A program made the position numbers and the translations under genes. Positions 1-9,498 of a stretch of 64,000 nucleotides of DNA are shown here, piece after piece. Every line of letters starts with the position of its first letter. Position 1 is the first letter of the stretch. The notes under the pieces were generated by a model. It was not told the DNA's origin and did not search any database. It saw only the letters and a program-made list of their open reading frames with translations. Source of the stretch: Thermoproteota archaeon (lineage in GTDB: Archaea > Korarchaeota > Korarchaeia > Korarchaeales > Korarchaeaceae); the NCBI GenBank assembly GCA_027492205.1, contig JAOZFN010000007.1, positions 303,112 to 367,111 on the forward strand. Direction: 5' to 3'.

Positions 1-287
1 ACCCCAGAGAGGACGCGGGAGGTAGGGAGAAGAGAGGGAGAGGAACGAAGGGAACTGGATGGAGAGACGAGAGCCTGCGGGAGAGGTCAGAGGCGAAGGA
101 ACAAAAGAGGGGGAAGGGGAGAGGGCAGAGGCCGGCGAGGAGCCAGGCCACGAAGCGAGGGCGCGAGCATGGCCTAGACGGGGGTCTCCACCACATCCCG
201 CCCCCTGAGGAATATCCGGCAAGCGTACGGCGAATGTTTCCGCCGGGCTGAGGCGTCGACCCAGCCGCAGAGCCAGGGCGCGGGGGG

Positions 288-1553
288 ATGAGGGTCGCCT
301 CCCGGGCCGGGAGGCAGCTGATTTTGAGGAGTGCAAGGAGGATATCAAGCCTGGAGTCTTTCCTTTCCCCCGAGTTTTTTGAGGGGAGTTTAGGAGAAGT
401 TTCCCCCACCGAGCGGGGCGAATGGAGGGCCGACGCGGCCGCAGAGGTCCCGGACGTGGCTGACTACCCAGCCTTCGCCAGGCGACTCCACAGGCGGCTG
501 AGGCCCAGGATCGGCTGGGGCCCCGAGGAGCTGGACGAACTCCTCTGGCCGGAGCCGACGCCGGAGCTGATGGCCAGGGCCAGGTTCCTGCTGGAGAGGG
601 CCGGTCTAGATGAGAGTGGGGTCAGGAAGGCGGTCAGGGCGATGTTCGGGAGGAAGGGGGTCAGAGCGCTCGAGGCGGGGGCCAGGCTCAGGATCGGGTG
701 GGTGGAGAAGGCCTTCCTCTACGAGAGGGCCTACGAGGTCACGCAGAGGGTGATGAGGGAGCACCCCGACTGGTGGGCCAAGAGGGTGAGGCGCGCGGTT
801 AGCGAGGAACTCGGCATGGAGATGCCGCTGAGCACGGTCTACTGCTGGATGAAGAGGGGGAATCGACCGAACGTGCTCCCGCTGAGGATGTGCCCCGCCC
901 TGGGGACGGTGATGGGGATCGCGCTGAGCGACGGGGCCAAGACGGACAGCGCCAGGCTCAGGGTGAAGGACAGGGACTTCGCGGGGGCCTACGCGAGGGC
1001 CCTGGAGGAGGTGTCCGGTAGGAGGTTCGAGGTCAGGGGGCGCGGGGGGAGATACGAGGTGTTCCTCCGGGGCTCCCCGATACTCGAACTTATGAGGACG
1101 GGGCTGTGGAAGGTAGTGGCGTACCTGTATCCCTCTGAGTTCCTGGCGGCGCTGTTCAGTGGGGACGGTTGGGTAACCCCGCAGCTGAACATCTGGGGTC
1201 TTCGACCCTCAATAGGGTTCGTGAACAGCAACCTGAGCCTCGTCGGCTTCACAGACTGGCTGCTGAGGAGGTTCTACGGGATAAGGATGGGATGGCTCCT
1301 TCAGGAGAGTGAGGGTGAGGTTCAGGTCATTCGAGGGCAGAGGGTCAGGGTGAGGGCCTCCTACAGGATCTACACATCAAACACGAGGTTCGTGGAAATC
1401 TACGCAGAGAGAATTGGCTTCGTGATAGAGAGGAAGCAGAGGATGCTGGAAGATCTGGTGGATATCTGGCGTCGCTTCGAGCCGAAGGATCGCCCTGAGG
1501 AGTTTAAGAGACGATACGAGAAAATCAACGGGAGGTGGGTTCGTAGGCATTGA
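288..1553 (+). CDS. Free-standing double-motif LAGLIDADG homing endonuclease-like protein
   Basis: Two LAGLIDADG-like helices (GTVMGIALSDGA, FLAALFSGDGWV), a preceding HTH-like segment (PLSTVYCWMKRG) and a C-terminal 'IGFVIERKQ' typical of DOD endonucleases; true start uncertain. Confidence 0.75.
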   Translation: MRVASRAGRQLILRSARRISSLESFLSPEFFEGSLGEVSPTERGEWRADAAAEVPDVADYPAFARRLHRRLRPRIGWGPEELDELLWPEPTPELMARARFLLERAGLDESGVRKAVRAMFGRKGVRALEAGARLRIGWVEKAFLYERAYEVTQRVMREHPDWWAKRVRRAVSEELGMEMPLSTVYCWMKRGNRPNVLPLRMCPALGTVMGIALSDGAKTDSARLRVKDRDFAGAYARALEEVSGRRFEVRGRGGRYEVFLRGSPILELMRTGLWKVVAYLYPSEFLAALFSGDGWVTPQLNIWGLRPSIGFVNSNLSLVGFTDWLLRRFYGIRMGWLLQESEGEVQVIRGQRVRVRASYRIYTSNTRFVEIYAERIGFVIERKQRMLEDLVDIWRRFEPKDRPEEFKRRYEKINGRWVRRH

Positions 1554-1586
1554 AACGAACGGAGATGTCTCCGAACAAGGAGATAA

Positions 1587-1690
1587 TGGTGGACCGGGCG
1601 GGATTTGAACCCGCGAGCCTCCCGCAGATTAGGCCGGCCTAAAAGGCCAGCTTGCCAAGCGGGCGCTCTACCAGGCTGAGCTACCGGCCC
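1587..1690 (-). tRNA. tRNA-Ala(GGC) with 26-nt canonical 37/38 intron (1627-1652), encoded CCA
   Basis: GGGCCGGTAGCTCAGCCTGGTAGAGCG...CCCGC-TTGGCA[intron]T-GCGGG...GGTTCAAATCC...CCGGTCCACCA; BHB helix TTGG/CTAA with 3-nt bulges. Confidence 0.95.
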
Positions 1691-1717
1691 ACGCAGGCAG
1701 GTAGAGGCCCGATGCGG

Positions 1718-1725
1718 TAATTAAA
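1718..1725 (-). promoter_or_regulatory. TATA box of tRNA-Ala
   Basis: TTTAATTA on the minus strand about 28 nt upstream of the tRNA 5' end. Confidence 0.6.
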
Positions 1726-1946
1726 CCTTACCTCCTCTCCCCTCCGCTCCACCCCCTCCCCGCTACAGAAGGCCTCGCAACTCGGGCGGGTTTCTTCACG
1801 GTCTCCCCCACAGATCACTTTTTCTATAGCAGTCAACCCACGCCCTCCCTCCTTCCTTCTCTCTCCCGCCTTCCCGCCTTAACGCTGAAAACTATCCTCC
1901 GGCCAAACAACCGTTTTATTTCGTCTCGGCTTGAGATGAGGGGATC

Positions 1947-2375
1947 ATGAGGGACGGCCTCAGGCGCCTCCTCCTCTGGATAGTCCGCGAGTACGAGACC
2001 AGGTACCGCAGGGGCATCACCGTGACCAGGCTCATGAAGCTCCTCTACATGGTCGACCTGGAGCTGAGAAGGAGGGGGTTGCCCACCTCGGGCGTCAGGT
2101 GGGTCAGGTGGTACTACGGGCCCTTCTCCAGGGAGGTCATGAGCGGGATTAACGAGCTGATCGAGGAGGGGGAGCTGAGGAGGGAGGCCGTCGTCAGAGG
2201 GGACAAGATCATAGGGGTGCTCAGCTCGGAGAGCGGGGCCAGGCTGGAGCCGGAGGTCGAGGCGGTCGCCAGGAGAGTTGTTGGAGAGCTCGGAGGGCTG
2301 AAGTTCGAGAGGCTGCTGGACAGGGTCTACGCCACCTTCGACGAGGACAAGGACCTGGGGGACGAGGTGCCTTGA
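1947..2375 (+). CDS. Panacea (DUF4065/SocA-like) antitoxin-domain protein
   Basis: Motifs TRLMKLLYMVD and W.RWYYGPFS; TATA-like TTTTATT at about 1914. Confidence 0.75.
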   Translation: MRDGLRRLLLWIVREYETRYRRGITVTRLMKLLYMVDLELRRRGLPTSGVRWVRWYYGPFSREVMSGINELIEEGELRREAVVRGDKIIGVLSSESGARLEPEVEAVARRVVGELGGLKFERLLDRVYATFDEDKDLGDEVP

Positions 2376-2773
2376 AGGCGCTGAGGCTCGTGAGGCTGGA
2401 GGGCCTGATCGGGAAGTTGGAGGAGCTGGTCAGGTCGGGGAGAGTGCCAGCATTCGAGGACACTGGGCCAGAGGACTACCCGGAGATGGACAGGGAGAGG
2501 CTCGAGGATCTCCTCGCGGAGGGCATCTACCACCTGGAGGAGGTCCCCGGGCGGATTCCGGCGCGGGCGGAGCTGGTGCTGAGGACCACGCTGGGGCTGC
2601 TGAGGTCTGCCAGAGAGGCCGACGACGAACTCCTGAGGAGGGCTCTGTTCATCTACGCGTTCTGCGAGGCCCTGGTCAGGGTCAGACCCAAGTCTAGCAA
2701 GCTGCTGAGGGCCTGCTGGGAGAGGATCGACTCAGAGGTGAGCAGAATTTCCGACGCCGTCTTCGCGCAGTGA
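2372..2773 (+). CDS. Hypothetical helical protein, coupled to the Panacea gene
   Basis: TTGA start/stop overlap; 133 aa ORF. Confidence 0.6.
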   Translation: MKALRLVRLEGLIGKLEELVRSGRVPAFEDTGPEDYPEMDRERLEDLLAEGIYHLEEVPGRIPARAELVLRTTLGLLRSAREADDELLRRALFIYAFCEALVRVRPKSSKLLRACWERIDSEVSRISDAVFAQ

Positions 2774-2777
2774 GGTC

Positions 2778-3473
2778 GTGGTGCTCGACACCTACTACTA
2801 CTTCAGGCCCTGGTCACTGGTTGAGCTGAGGGGGCATCTTCGTGGAAGGAGGGTGATCCTTATAGCTCCTCATCAGCTACGCACGATTCTGAGCCATCTA
2901 AACACTAGGCGGGTGGAGATCATCAACAGGTGGGATAGGAGGATCGTGGAGCGAGGTAGGGGGAGGCCCAAGCCCTGGCGAAGTCTAGCCAGGAAGCTTA
3001 AGGATGCGGATCTACTGTGCGCACTCTACCTAGGGTGGGAGCTCTCAAGAGAGCCCTTAGGTAGGATGCTCCGCATGAAGTCGGGGCTCAAGATAACGCG
3101 AGGAGATGTCGCTGACCTGAAGTATGGGCTGGACGAGTCTATAGAGGAGGAATCCCTGCGGGACTTTTTGAGGGAGCTGATTCGCGATCTCACCTCGGCT
3201 GATCTCGAGATCAGGAACGTAACGGTGAGTTCCAGGGAGGTCTCCCAGGTGAAGGCCAGGCTCATTGAAGAGCTGTGCGCCGCTCAGAATTGTCGTAAGA
3301 GCAAGCCCGACAGTGAAGATCTGATTCTCCTGCTGACCATTAACAAGCTGCGAGAGCGAGTGAGAGTGTATGCGATAGAGAGAGATAGGGGTGAGTGCTT
3401 CGCCTGCGCTCTGAGACATCTTCTCAAAACAGACCAAGCGTGGCGAGACAAGATTAGGATTGGACAGCTTTAG
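2778..3473 (+). CDS. Divergent PIN-domain protein (putative RNase toxin)
   Basis: N-terminal VLDT, then DSEDLILL and YAIERD acidic motifs in PIN order. Confidence 0.5.
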   Translation: MVLDTYYYFRPWSLVELRGHLRGRRVILIAPHQLRTILSHLNTRRVEIINRWDRRIVERGRGRPKPWRSLARKLKDADLLCALYLGWELSREPLGRMLRMKSGLKITRGDVADLKYGLDESIEEESLRDFLRELIRDLTSADLEIRNVTVSSREVSQVKARLIEELCAAQNCRKSKPDSEDLILLLTINKLRERVRVYAIERDRGECFACALRHLLKTDQAWRDKIRIGQL

Positions 3474-3904
3474 ATCCCAGCTTGCCTTACTATCTCCTCG
3501 TACCTCTTCTTCGTTAGCCTCTCTCCAGCTACGGTGACGAATCTTTTGGGCCTATACGGCTTTGAATACCTCCTTAGGCCCCTCAGCGGTATGACTAGAA
3601 GCTTCTTTGCCCTGGGCTTTCCCCTCACGTAGGCCGCCAACTCCTCTCTGTTGAGCATCAGCCTCCTCCCGTACTTCTTCACCGCCTCTTCTGGCTCAAG
3701 CATCTCCACCGCCTCCGCCGTCCCCTCTCCCACTATAGCCCTCACGTCCCCAGAGGCGTAGAACAGGATCTTGGAGCCTGGCCGCAGGTCCTTGTAGACC
3801 GTTGGCACCTTCACGAATACCGTCCTACCTTCGTCGAATATCCTGGAGATCAGCTCGCCGGGGAGCGGGAATATGGCTCCCACGATCTCATCGTTAGATG
3901 ACAT
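3470..3904 (-). CDS. DUF365 / ASCH-like (PUA superfamily) protein
   Basis: FPLP...RIFDEGRTVFVK...LRPGSKILFYAS...IVGEG pattern. Confidence 0.75.
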   Translation of the reverse strand: MSSNDEIVGAIFPLPGELISRIFDEGRTVFVKVPTVYKDLRPGSKILFYASGDVRAIVGEGTAEAVEMLEPEEAVKKYGRRLMLNREELAAYVRGKPRAKKLLVIPLRGLRRYSKPYRPKRFVTVAGERLTKKRYEEIVRQAGI

Positions 3905-3954
3905 CGGGTTGTTGGTTTCAAGTGATTAGGATAAAGGCTTGCAGTTGAAGAGAG

Positions 3955-6900
3955 CTAGGCAGTTCCTTCGAATATTCTCAGAGTCTCTTCGAGGGCTTCC
4001 AGCTCTTCTGAAGTTAGGTCGTAGAGCTGGGCTACCAGTTCGTCAATCTCGTCCTCAACCTCTCGTAGGGCTTCGATATCGCCTTCAGCGGCTAGGTTGT
4101 GAGCTTTTTTAGATAATTCCGCAAGATTCAAGTGAAGTGGGTTCTCTGTATCGAATTTGGGTACTCTTACATGTTCTAATATGTGCGTGGAGATCGCCGT
4201 TTCTATCGTGTACCCCGCGACTATCGCCCTTACAGGCGCCGAGTTCAGGACTGCAGATACGTAATGTGCCTCCAACTCGTTATTGAATGGTATGTAGGTA
4301 AGCTTGTGGTCTGGTAAGACTGGCTTCCTTCCTAAGAGTGGGTGTTCAATCGGTCCGATTACGGCGGCCTGAAAGAGGCCTTTCCCCGAGATCCTGCCAG
4401 AAACTTCTCTCCAAGCAACTTTAAATGTACTTATTGCTGGTTCGGCATTAAATATCCAGTAAAATGGCGGTATTCCTTCAATATTTTCAAGCCGTCTATC
4501 CCTGTAAGGTCTCAGCTTGGATCGGTAAGGCTCAGTGTTTCTTCTAACGAGTTCGTCAAAAAACTCAATGAAATATGAATAAGTCAGGGGATATTTAGTC
4601 CTCATTTCGACGGATGGTACTACCCTACCATCTTTTGTGAGGGGGAGTATCATGTAAGTAGATGGGTAAGCAATCCATCTCTTGAGGTCTCTCCCTCTAA
4701 CTAGAGGGTAAACCAGATCGGGCTCTACGACCGCTTCAACTGATTTTAGTTTCTTCTTGCTAATCTCTGACATGTTTCTGACTAGAATTCCTTCAGGCTG
4801 ACTGGAAAGTAGTTGGACCCAGTACACGCCATTTAGCCCTGGATGAACCCCTACGTAAGCTTTGTAGCTAGACTTACCTAACAGCTTGTAAATGCCCATA
4901 GATGCCATCTTACTAGTCAAAATCCAGGGGGCGGCGGCATCATAGCTGGTATTGTCTTTCTGTATCGGTTCTAATATCATCTCAACGCGGTTTGAAAGAC
5001 TGGCGACCTCTTCAATGTCGGCAGCGTTGGGATCGTATCCTTCTCCGGATTTTGACCAAACGATACACCTTACTGGAAAGTGAGATACGCCCTTTTTCAA
5101 GACTATTAGGGAGGTTCTGTTAGTAGCCCCCTCGAACGGACGCATTTCAACGAGGTCGTGTATAACGATTAACTCACACTTAGTTGCGAGGAATCGTCTG
5201 AAGCTGGATCCAGCTTTAGTCTTGAATACCGTGAAGGGGATTAACATGCTGAGCCTACCATTTTCATTCATGTATCTCTCGACGGAAGTAGTCACGAACA
5301 ACATGGCGATATCTCTGTTAATTCTACCTATCCCCCTCCCCCCTCCCTCAAAGAGACCGAACTTTGCCCACAAGTCTCGGGTGACCTCCCTGTAGTCCTC
5401 AGGAAGGCTCTCCCAGTTGATCCACGGGGGGTTCCCCACAACGTAGTCGAACCTTCCGACGAAGAGAGGCGCAAAGGAGTTTGCGAGTATCCTGAGCCAT
5501 ATCCTATCCTTCCCCTCTTCCTCCAGCTCCCTCAGCCTGTTGAACAGCGCAGCCAGGGCATCCACCTCTTCGGATGTGCACTCTACCTCCCTGGCCAGAA
5601 GCTGCCTGAACTGCTCCTCAGGATACCTGTTCCTCACGCAGTGCTCCATCACCCTGAGCACGTTGGCCAGCTCGCCCCTCTCCACCACGCCGGTGGGGAC
5701 CTCGAACTCCCCGACAACCGTCCTGAGCACGTACGAGGACTCCAGCAGCCTCGTCCTCTGCTCCACCAGGATCGAGTCGCAGAGGTACACGGGTATCACT
5801 ACCGGTTCCCTCCTCTCCCTGATCAGCGGTCCCAGGGTGAGTAGGTAGTTCGCCCTGGCCGCTATGACGGCCAGTGGGTTGAGGTCGAAGCCCACTATGT
5901 TCTCCGTCACCTTCTCCAGCACTTCCGCGGGGTCTAGGAACTCCTCCTCCGCTCTCTCCCTGACCCTCTTCAGGGCTAGCACCAAGAATGTCCCGGAGCC
6001 GCACGCGGGGTCTAGGAGCCTCTTGCTCGGGTCGCCGTCGTAGCCGACCTCGTTCAGCACAAGCTCCGCTAGCCAGTCAGGAGTGTAGAACTCGCCGAGG
6101 TCGTGTCTTATCCTCCTCGGAACCAGGTTCTGGTAGAGTTCCTTGAAGAGGTCCCTCACCCTCTCGGGCTCCAGCTCGGCCGTCCCTACCTCGTAGTCTG
6201 ACAGCCTCTGCACCACCCTGGCCAGGGCCCGCGCCAGCTCCCCGTCCCACTCGTTGAGGTACCACGAGAAGTAGTCTGCCTCCAGGAAGTTCAGTATTCC
6301 CAGCTGCCTGAAGACGCCCCCGTCCTCCAGCCTCGCCAGCTCGTCCCTCAGCCCCTCTGCGGAGGAGTAGTACGCGGACTCCAGCCTCCTCCAGTAGGAC
6401 TGGATCAGCGAGTCGCCGTAGAGCGCCGCAACCTCGGCCGCTATCAGCTTCATCAGCAGGGCATAGTAGGTGTGGATGGCGAAGAGGAGCCTCTCCGGAT
6501 CGGCGTCCCTCATCTCGTACTGCCTCTGGAGCCCCTCTATCTTCCTGCGGGAGTAGGCGCAGACCTGAGAAAAGACCCTCCTCCAGTCCTCGAACAGCAC
6601 CTCTGTCCTGGGAGATTGCGGATTCGAGAGCCTCTGATAGAGCACCCTTATCGCGTGCCTGGCTACGTCGCTCCTGGGGCCGAAGTCCGAGATGAGGAAC
6701 TGAGCGTCCAGCGGTTTCCTCCTAAGTCCTCTTAAGGCCTCCACGAGCTTGGAGAGAGCCCTGGCGGAGACGGAGTAGGGACCGTCACTGAGCCACTGCT
6801 TGTCTCGAGAGCGGTACCTCACGAAGCCAATCTGCCGCCCGTCTAGTACGACGCCGAAGTACCTACTGAACTCAGCCTCCCTCCCCTCAGCCAGGATGAT

Positions 6901-7200
6901 GATGTAGCTCCTGACCTGCGCCGCGGCGCCGGTGAAGCCTGAGCTGCTCGAGAGCGTGCCAGGCCGCTTGTACTCAATGACGACCTTCCCGTACAATGCG
7001 TCGGGCCTGACGCCCTCTGCGAGCGTCCTCTCGTGGGCGGGCTCCCAATGCAGCTCCAGCGCCTCGAAGACCTCCTTTAAGACGGCCTCGACTCGCGTCC
7101 TGAGCTCGGCCTCGTTGCGCGACTCGTCCGCGGCCCTGAGTATGGAGGCGGCCACCTGATCTAGGTCTATGGGTTTAGCTGGCAAGGCCCTCGGGGGCAT
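3955..7200 (-). CDS. Type IIG restriction-modification enzyme (nuclease + N6-adenine MTase + TRD)
   Basis: N-terminal RPDALYGKVVIEYK (PD-ExK), GEFYTP, motif I LLDPACGSGTF, motif IV NPPW, C-terminal TRD-like region; TATA TTTAAA at about 7218-7223. Confidence 0.92.
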   Translation of the reverse strand: MPPRALPAKPIDLDQVAASILRAADESRNEAELRTRVEAVLKEVFEALELHWEPAHERTLAEGVRPDALYGKVVIEYKRPGTLSSSSGFTGAAAQVRSYIIILAEGREAEFSRYFGVVLDGRQIGFVRYRSRDKQWLSDGPYSVSARALSKLVEALRGLRRKPLDAQFLISDFGPRSDVARHAIRVLYQRLSNPQSPRTEVLFEDWRRVFSQVCAYSRRKIEGLQRQYEMRDADPERLLFAIHTYYALLMKLIAAEVAALYGDSLIQSYWRRLESAYYSSAEGLRDELARLEDGGVFRQLGILNFLEADYFSWYLNEWDGELARALARVVQRLSDYEVGTAELEPERVRDLFKELYQNLVPRRIRHDLGEFYTPDWLAELVLNEVGYDGDPSKRLLDPACGSGTFLVLALKRVRERAEEEFLDPAEVLEKVTENIVGFDLNPLAVIAARANYLLTLGPLIRERREPVVIPVYLCDSILVEQRTRLLESSYVLRTVVGEFEVPTGVVERGELANVLRVMEHCVRNRYPEEQFRQLLAREVECTSEEVDALAALFNRLRELEEEGKDRIWLRILANSFAPLFVGRFDYVVGNPPWINWESLPEDYREVTRDLWAKFGLFEGGGRGIGRINRDIAMLFVTTSVERYMNENGRLSMLIPFTVFKTKAGSSFRRFLATKCELIVIHDLVEMRPFEGATNRTSLIVLKKGVSHFPVRCIVWSKSGEGYDPNAADIEEVASLSNRVEMILEPIQKDNTSYDAAAPWILTSKMASMGIYKLLGKSSYKAYVGVHPGLNGVYWVQLLSSQPEGILVRNMSEISKKKLKSVEAVVEPDLVYPLVRGRDLKRWIAYPSTYMILPLTKDGRVVPSVEMRTKYPLTYSYFIEFFDELVRRNTEPYRSKLRPYRDRRLENIEGIPPFYWIFNAEPAISTFKVAWREVSGRISGKGLFQAAVIGPIEHPLLGRKPVLPDHKLTYIPFNNELEAHYVSAVLNSAPVRAIVAGYTIETAISTHILEHVRVPKFDTENPLHLNLAELSKKAHNLAAEGDIEALREVEDEIDELVAQLYDLTSEELEALEETLRIFEGTA

Positions 7201-7462
7201 TGTATCGCGCTCGGTACTTTAAATGCCTAGTTAAGGCTGTAGGAACATGGGAAAGATTTCCTATTCACTGGCCGCAAGTCTCATGGGTAGAATTTCTTCC
7301 TGCACCTAAGCCACCTAGCTCGTCAGCTCTATTGGGCCAGCAAACGTTGTGGGCAGCAGATTCGGACAAACAGGTATTCTGATACCCCGAACTGTTGAAA
7401 AGAGAAAATATAACTGTTCTAGGGCAACTTTTATAAGGAATATAGCTGGAAACAAGAGTGTT

Positions 7463-8458
7463 ATGCAGGGGAACCCTTGGGCTAATCCAGGGATGGCCGT
7501 TAAAAAAGTACTCCTAAATACGGGTCTCTACCGGAAGGTCGAGGAGGAGTTCTTCGACCTGTTTGACCTGAAGACCAGCGGCGCCGAAGCAGTGCTGCTG
7601 GCCGCATATGGAAGTCACAGGTCGTTCTACCTTGTCGATGAAGACAGGGTGGCCATACCTCCCCGGGAAGAGGACCTGGTGGTTTGTCCTCCGGTGCCGC
7701 TTAGAGAACTGAGCCCAAGAGACGTTGTAAAAAGCCCAATGCCGACGGCTTGGCCCACTCACGATTGGGAACTCCTGAGAAGACTCCTAACCGGCGAGAA
7801 GTACGTTTTGCTGCGAGATGTCCGAGATGTCAGGAGTCTCCTAGAAAGAGTCAAGTCCGCAGGGATTGAACCTACTGACGTGCTCGTGGCTCCGGTTCTT
7901 TCAGATTTCAGGCCGGACTGGGAACCCGGCTTTCTAGTGTACCTTGCCGGATTGGCCTTGAGGTCCCGGGGTTACCTAGTGGCAGGGGAGGGTCCCGGTC
8001 CGCTGAGGTTCTTCGGTCCCGACCTGTGCGCCTTCAGAACCAGTCAATTCTGCGAGGGAGCCTTTCTACTGGAGCTTCTCCTAGGAAAGAAGTTGAAGAA
8101 AGGTTATTCAGAAGAGAGCGCTTGCGTTATAGAGGTGGAAGCTCAAAGGAGAATTTTAGACAGTAAGCACGGCGTGGCCCAGGCCCTGAAGTACGTTAAC
8201 TGGAGTGAAGGCCGTCTGGGCAAGGCTTTTGTCGCTGGCGCATTTCTCGAGGCTTATCAAATAGAAGAGGCAGTAAGGCGAGGATGCGGCGTTATATCTC
8301 TATCACCAGATGGCGATATTGTGTTTATAGATGCCAGAGATCTCTCCATCCAAGAACTCCAGCACGAATTTCTACAGTACGTGAGTGATGTAATCTCTCA
8401 GCTTGAATTACGCGCTGAGAGGTGTCCATTCTTACCTCGAAGGGAAGAGGTATCCTAG
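7463..8458 (+). CDS. Putative PD-(D/E)xK restriction-like nuclease
   Basis: C-terminal GPDLCAF...VIEVEAQ...GVAQALKY; TTTTATAA at 7429-7436 favours ATG 7463 (or 7493). Confidence 0.6.
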   Translation: MQGNPWANPGMAVKKVLLNTGLYRKVEEEFFDLFDLKTSGAEAVLLAAYGSHRSFYLVDEDRVAIPPREEDLVVCPPVPLRELSPRDVVKSPMPTAWPTHDWELLRRLLTGEKYVLLRDVRDVRSLLERVKSAGIEPTDVLVAPVLSDFRPDWEPGFLVYLAGLALRSRGYLVAGEGPGPLRFFGPDLCAFRTSQFCEGAFLLELLLGKKLKKGYSEESACVIEVEAQRRILDSKHGVAQALKYVNWSEGRLGKAFVAGAFLEAYQIEEAVRRGCGVISLSPDGDIVFIDARDLSIQELQHEFLQYVSDVISQLELRAERCPFLPRREEVS

Positions 8459-8459
8459 A

Positions 8460-9498
8460 TCAGACATCTACAAGTTGACGGTAGTCTCTAATTCCGGCGG
8501 CCCTATCCAAGGCAACTCCTACTATCCTCTTTACCTCTCTGAGGTTTCTCTCCAGCTGATCGAAAGCGCTCATCCAAGGATTCCCGGTCTTGCGTTCCTT
8601 GGTAAAGTAGAGGAGCGTGTACCCTTCACTTCCCGAGTACACCTCTAACTTCTTCACCCTCATTGAGCTTTCTCTCAAAGCCCTCACGTACGCATCGACG
8701 ACCTTGTGGTAGGGGACTTCACCTAGCCTGAGGCGCTCCCTCCATAGAGCCTCATAGGCGGGCCCTAAGAACTTGGCACACTTGCTGGCCGGATCGGGTG
8801 GTCCTTTGAATTCTCTCCCTAGTGCCCTAGCTAGACCCACATGATTCAGCAGTACCATGACATCGGCTCCTCTGTCTACCAAGTCCATTAGGGTCTCATA
8901 GTAAACATTCGCTCCTTCGTTATCTGCGAACACTAATGCGTGCTCTCCTCTCTCCGGAGCGACTTCCTGCCAACCTTCGTTACAATCACCGTGACGAATA
9001 TCCACGCGAGGTATCGCTTGCTCGCCATTAGTCTCGGAGCCTATGGGCGTCACAAGATCATTCTCAAACATCCACTGAACCCTGGCCCTCAGGGCGTCTG
9101 CTCTGGCCTCTTTGATCTCAAATCCAACTACCTCATCAAAGGGTCCGTTTAGCTTCCCGCTGAGAATCAACGGGGTTGACCCTACTAGAAATTAGGGGCT
9201 CCCCGCTGGCCTCGAGTTTGTACAGCCTACAACCAGCTAGAAGATCAATGAACTTTATTTTCCTCGGCCAGATCGTTCTCCTTTGCTCTACACGTTTTCT
9301 CTGCTGGGACCTCATCACCCGTACATAGACATCGGCCATCCATGCCAGCGCGACGAGTTTTACGGCAGTTTTAGGCGAAGTTACCTCGTAGAACTCTTCT
9401 GAAACGCGGGATAGTTCTTTCCCTAACGTGATTATGTTCTCAAACTTAGAGGAAAGCCAGTCTAGGAGACTCGGATACCTGCTCCTTACTCTACGCAA
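8460..9498 (-). pseudogene. Three-Cys-motif partner (TcmP-like) SAM-dependent methyltransferase, split by a +1 frameshift near 9190
   Basis: Frame 1: KTAVKLVAL...FIDLLAGC. Frame 2: LVGSTPLIL...GFEIK...HGDCN...LVFADNEG. Joined, these give a TcmP-type protein of about 345 aa. Confidence 0.7.

Noticed and set aside
288-1553. Intein
   Set aside because: No host protein and no C1/S1 or HN-C/S/T splicing motifs
1-1880. Purine-rich tract (1-130) and pyrimidine-rich tract (1730-1880) as terminal inverted repeats
   Set aside because: Only low-complexity similarity; no exact inverted repeat or target duplication
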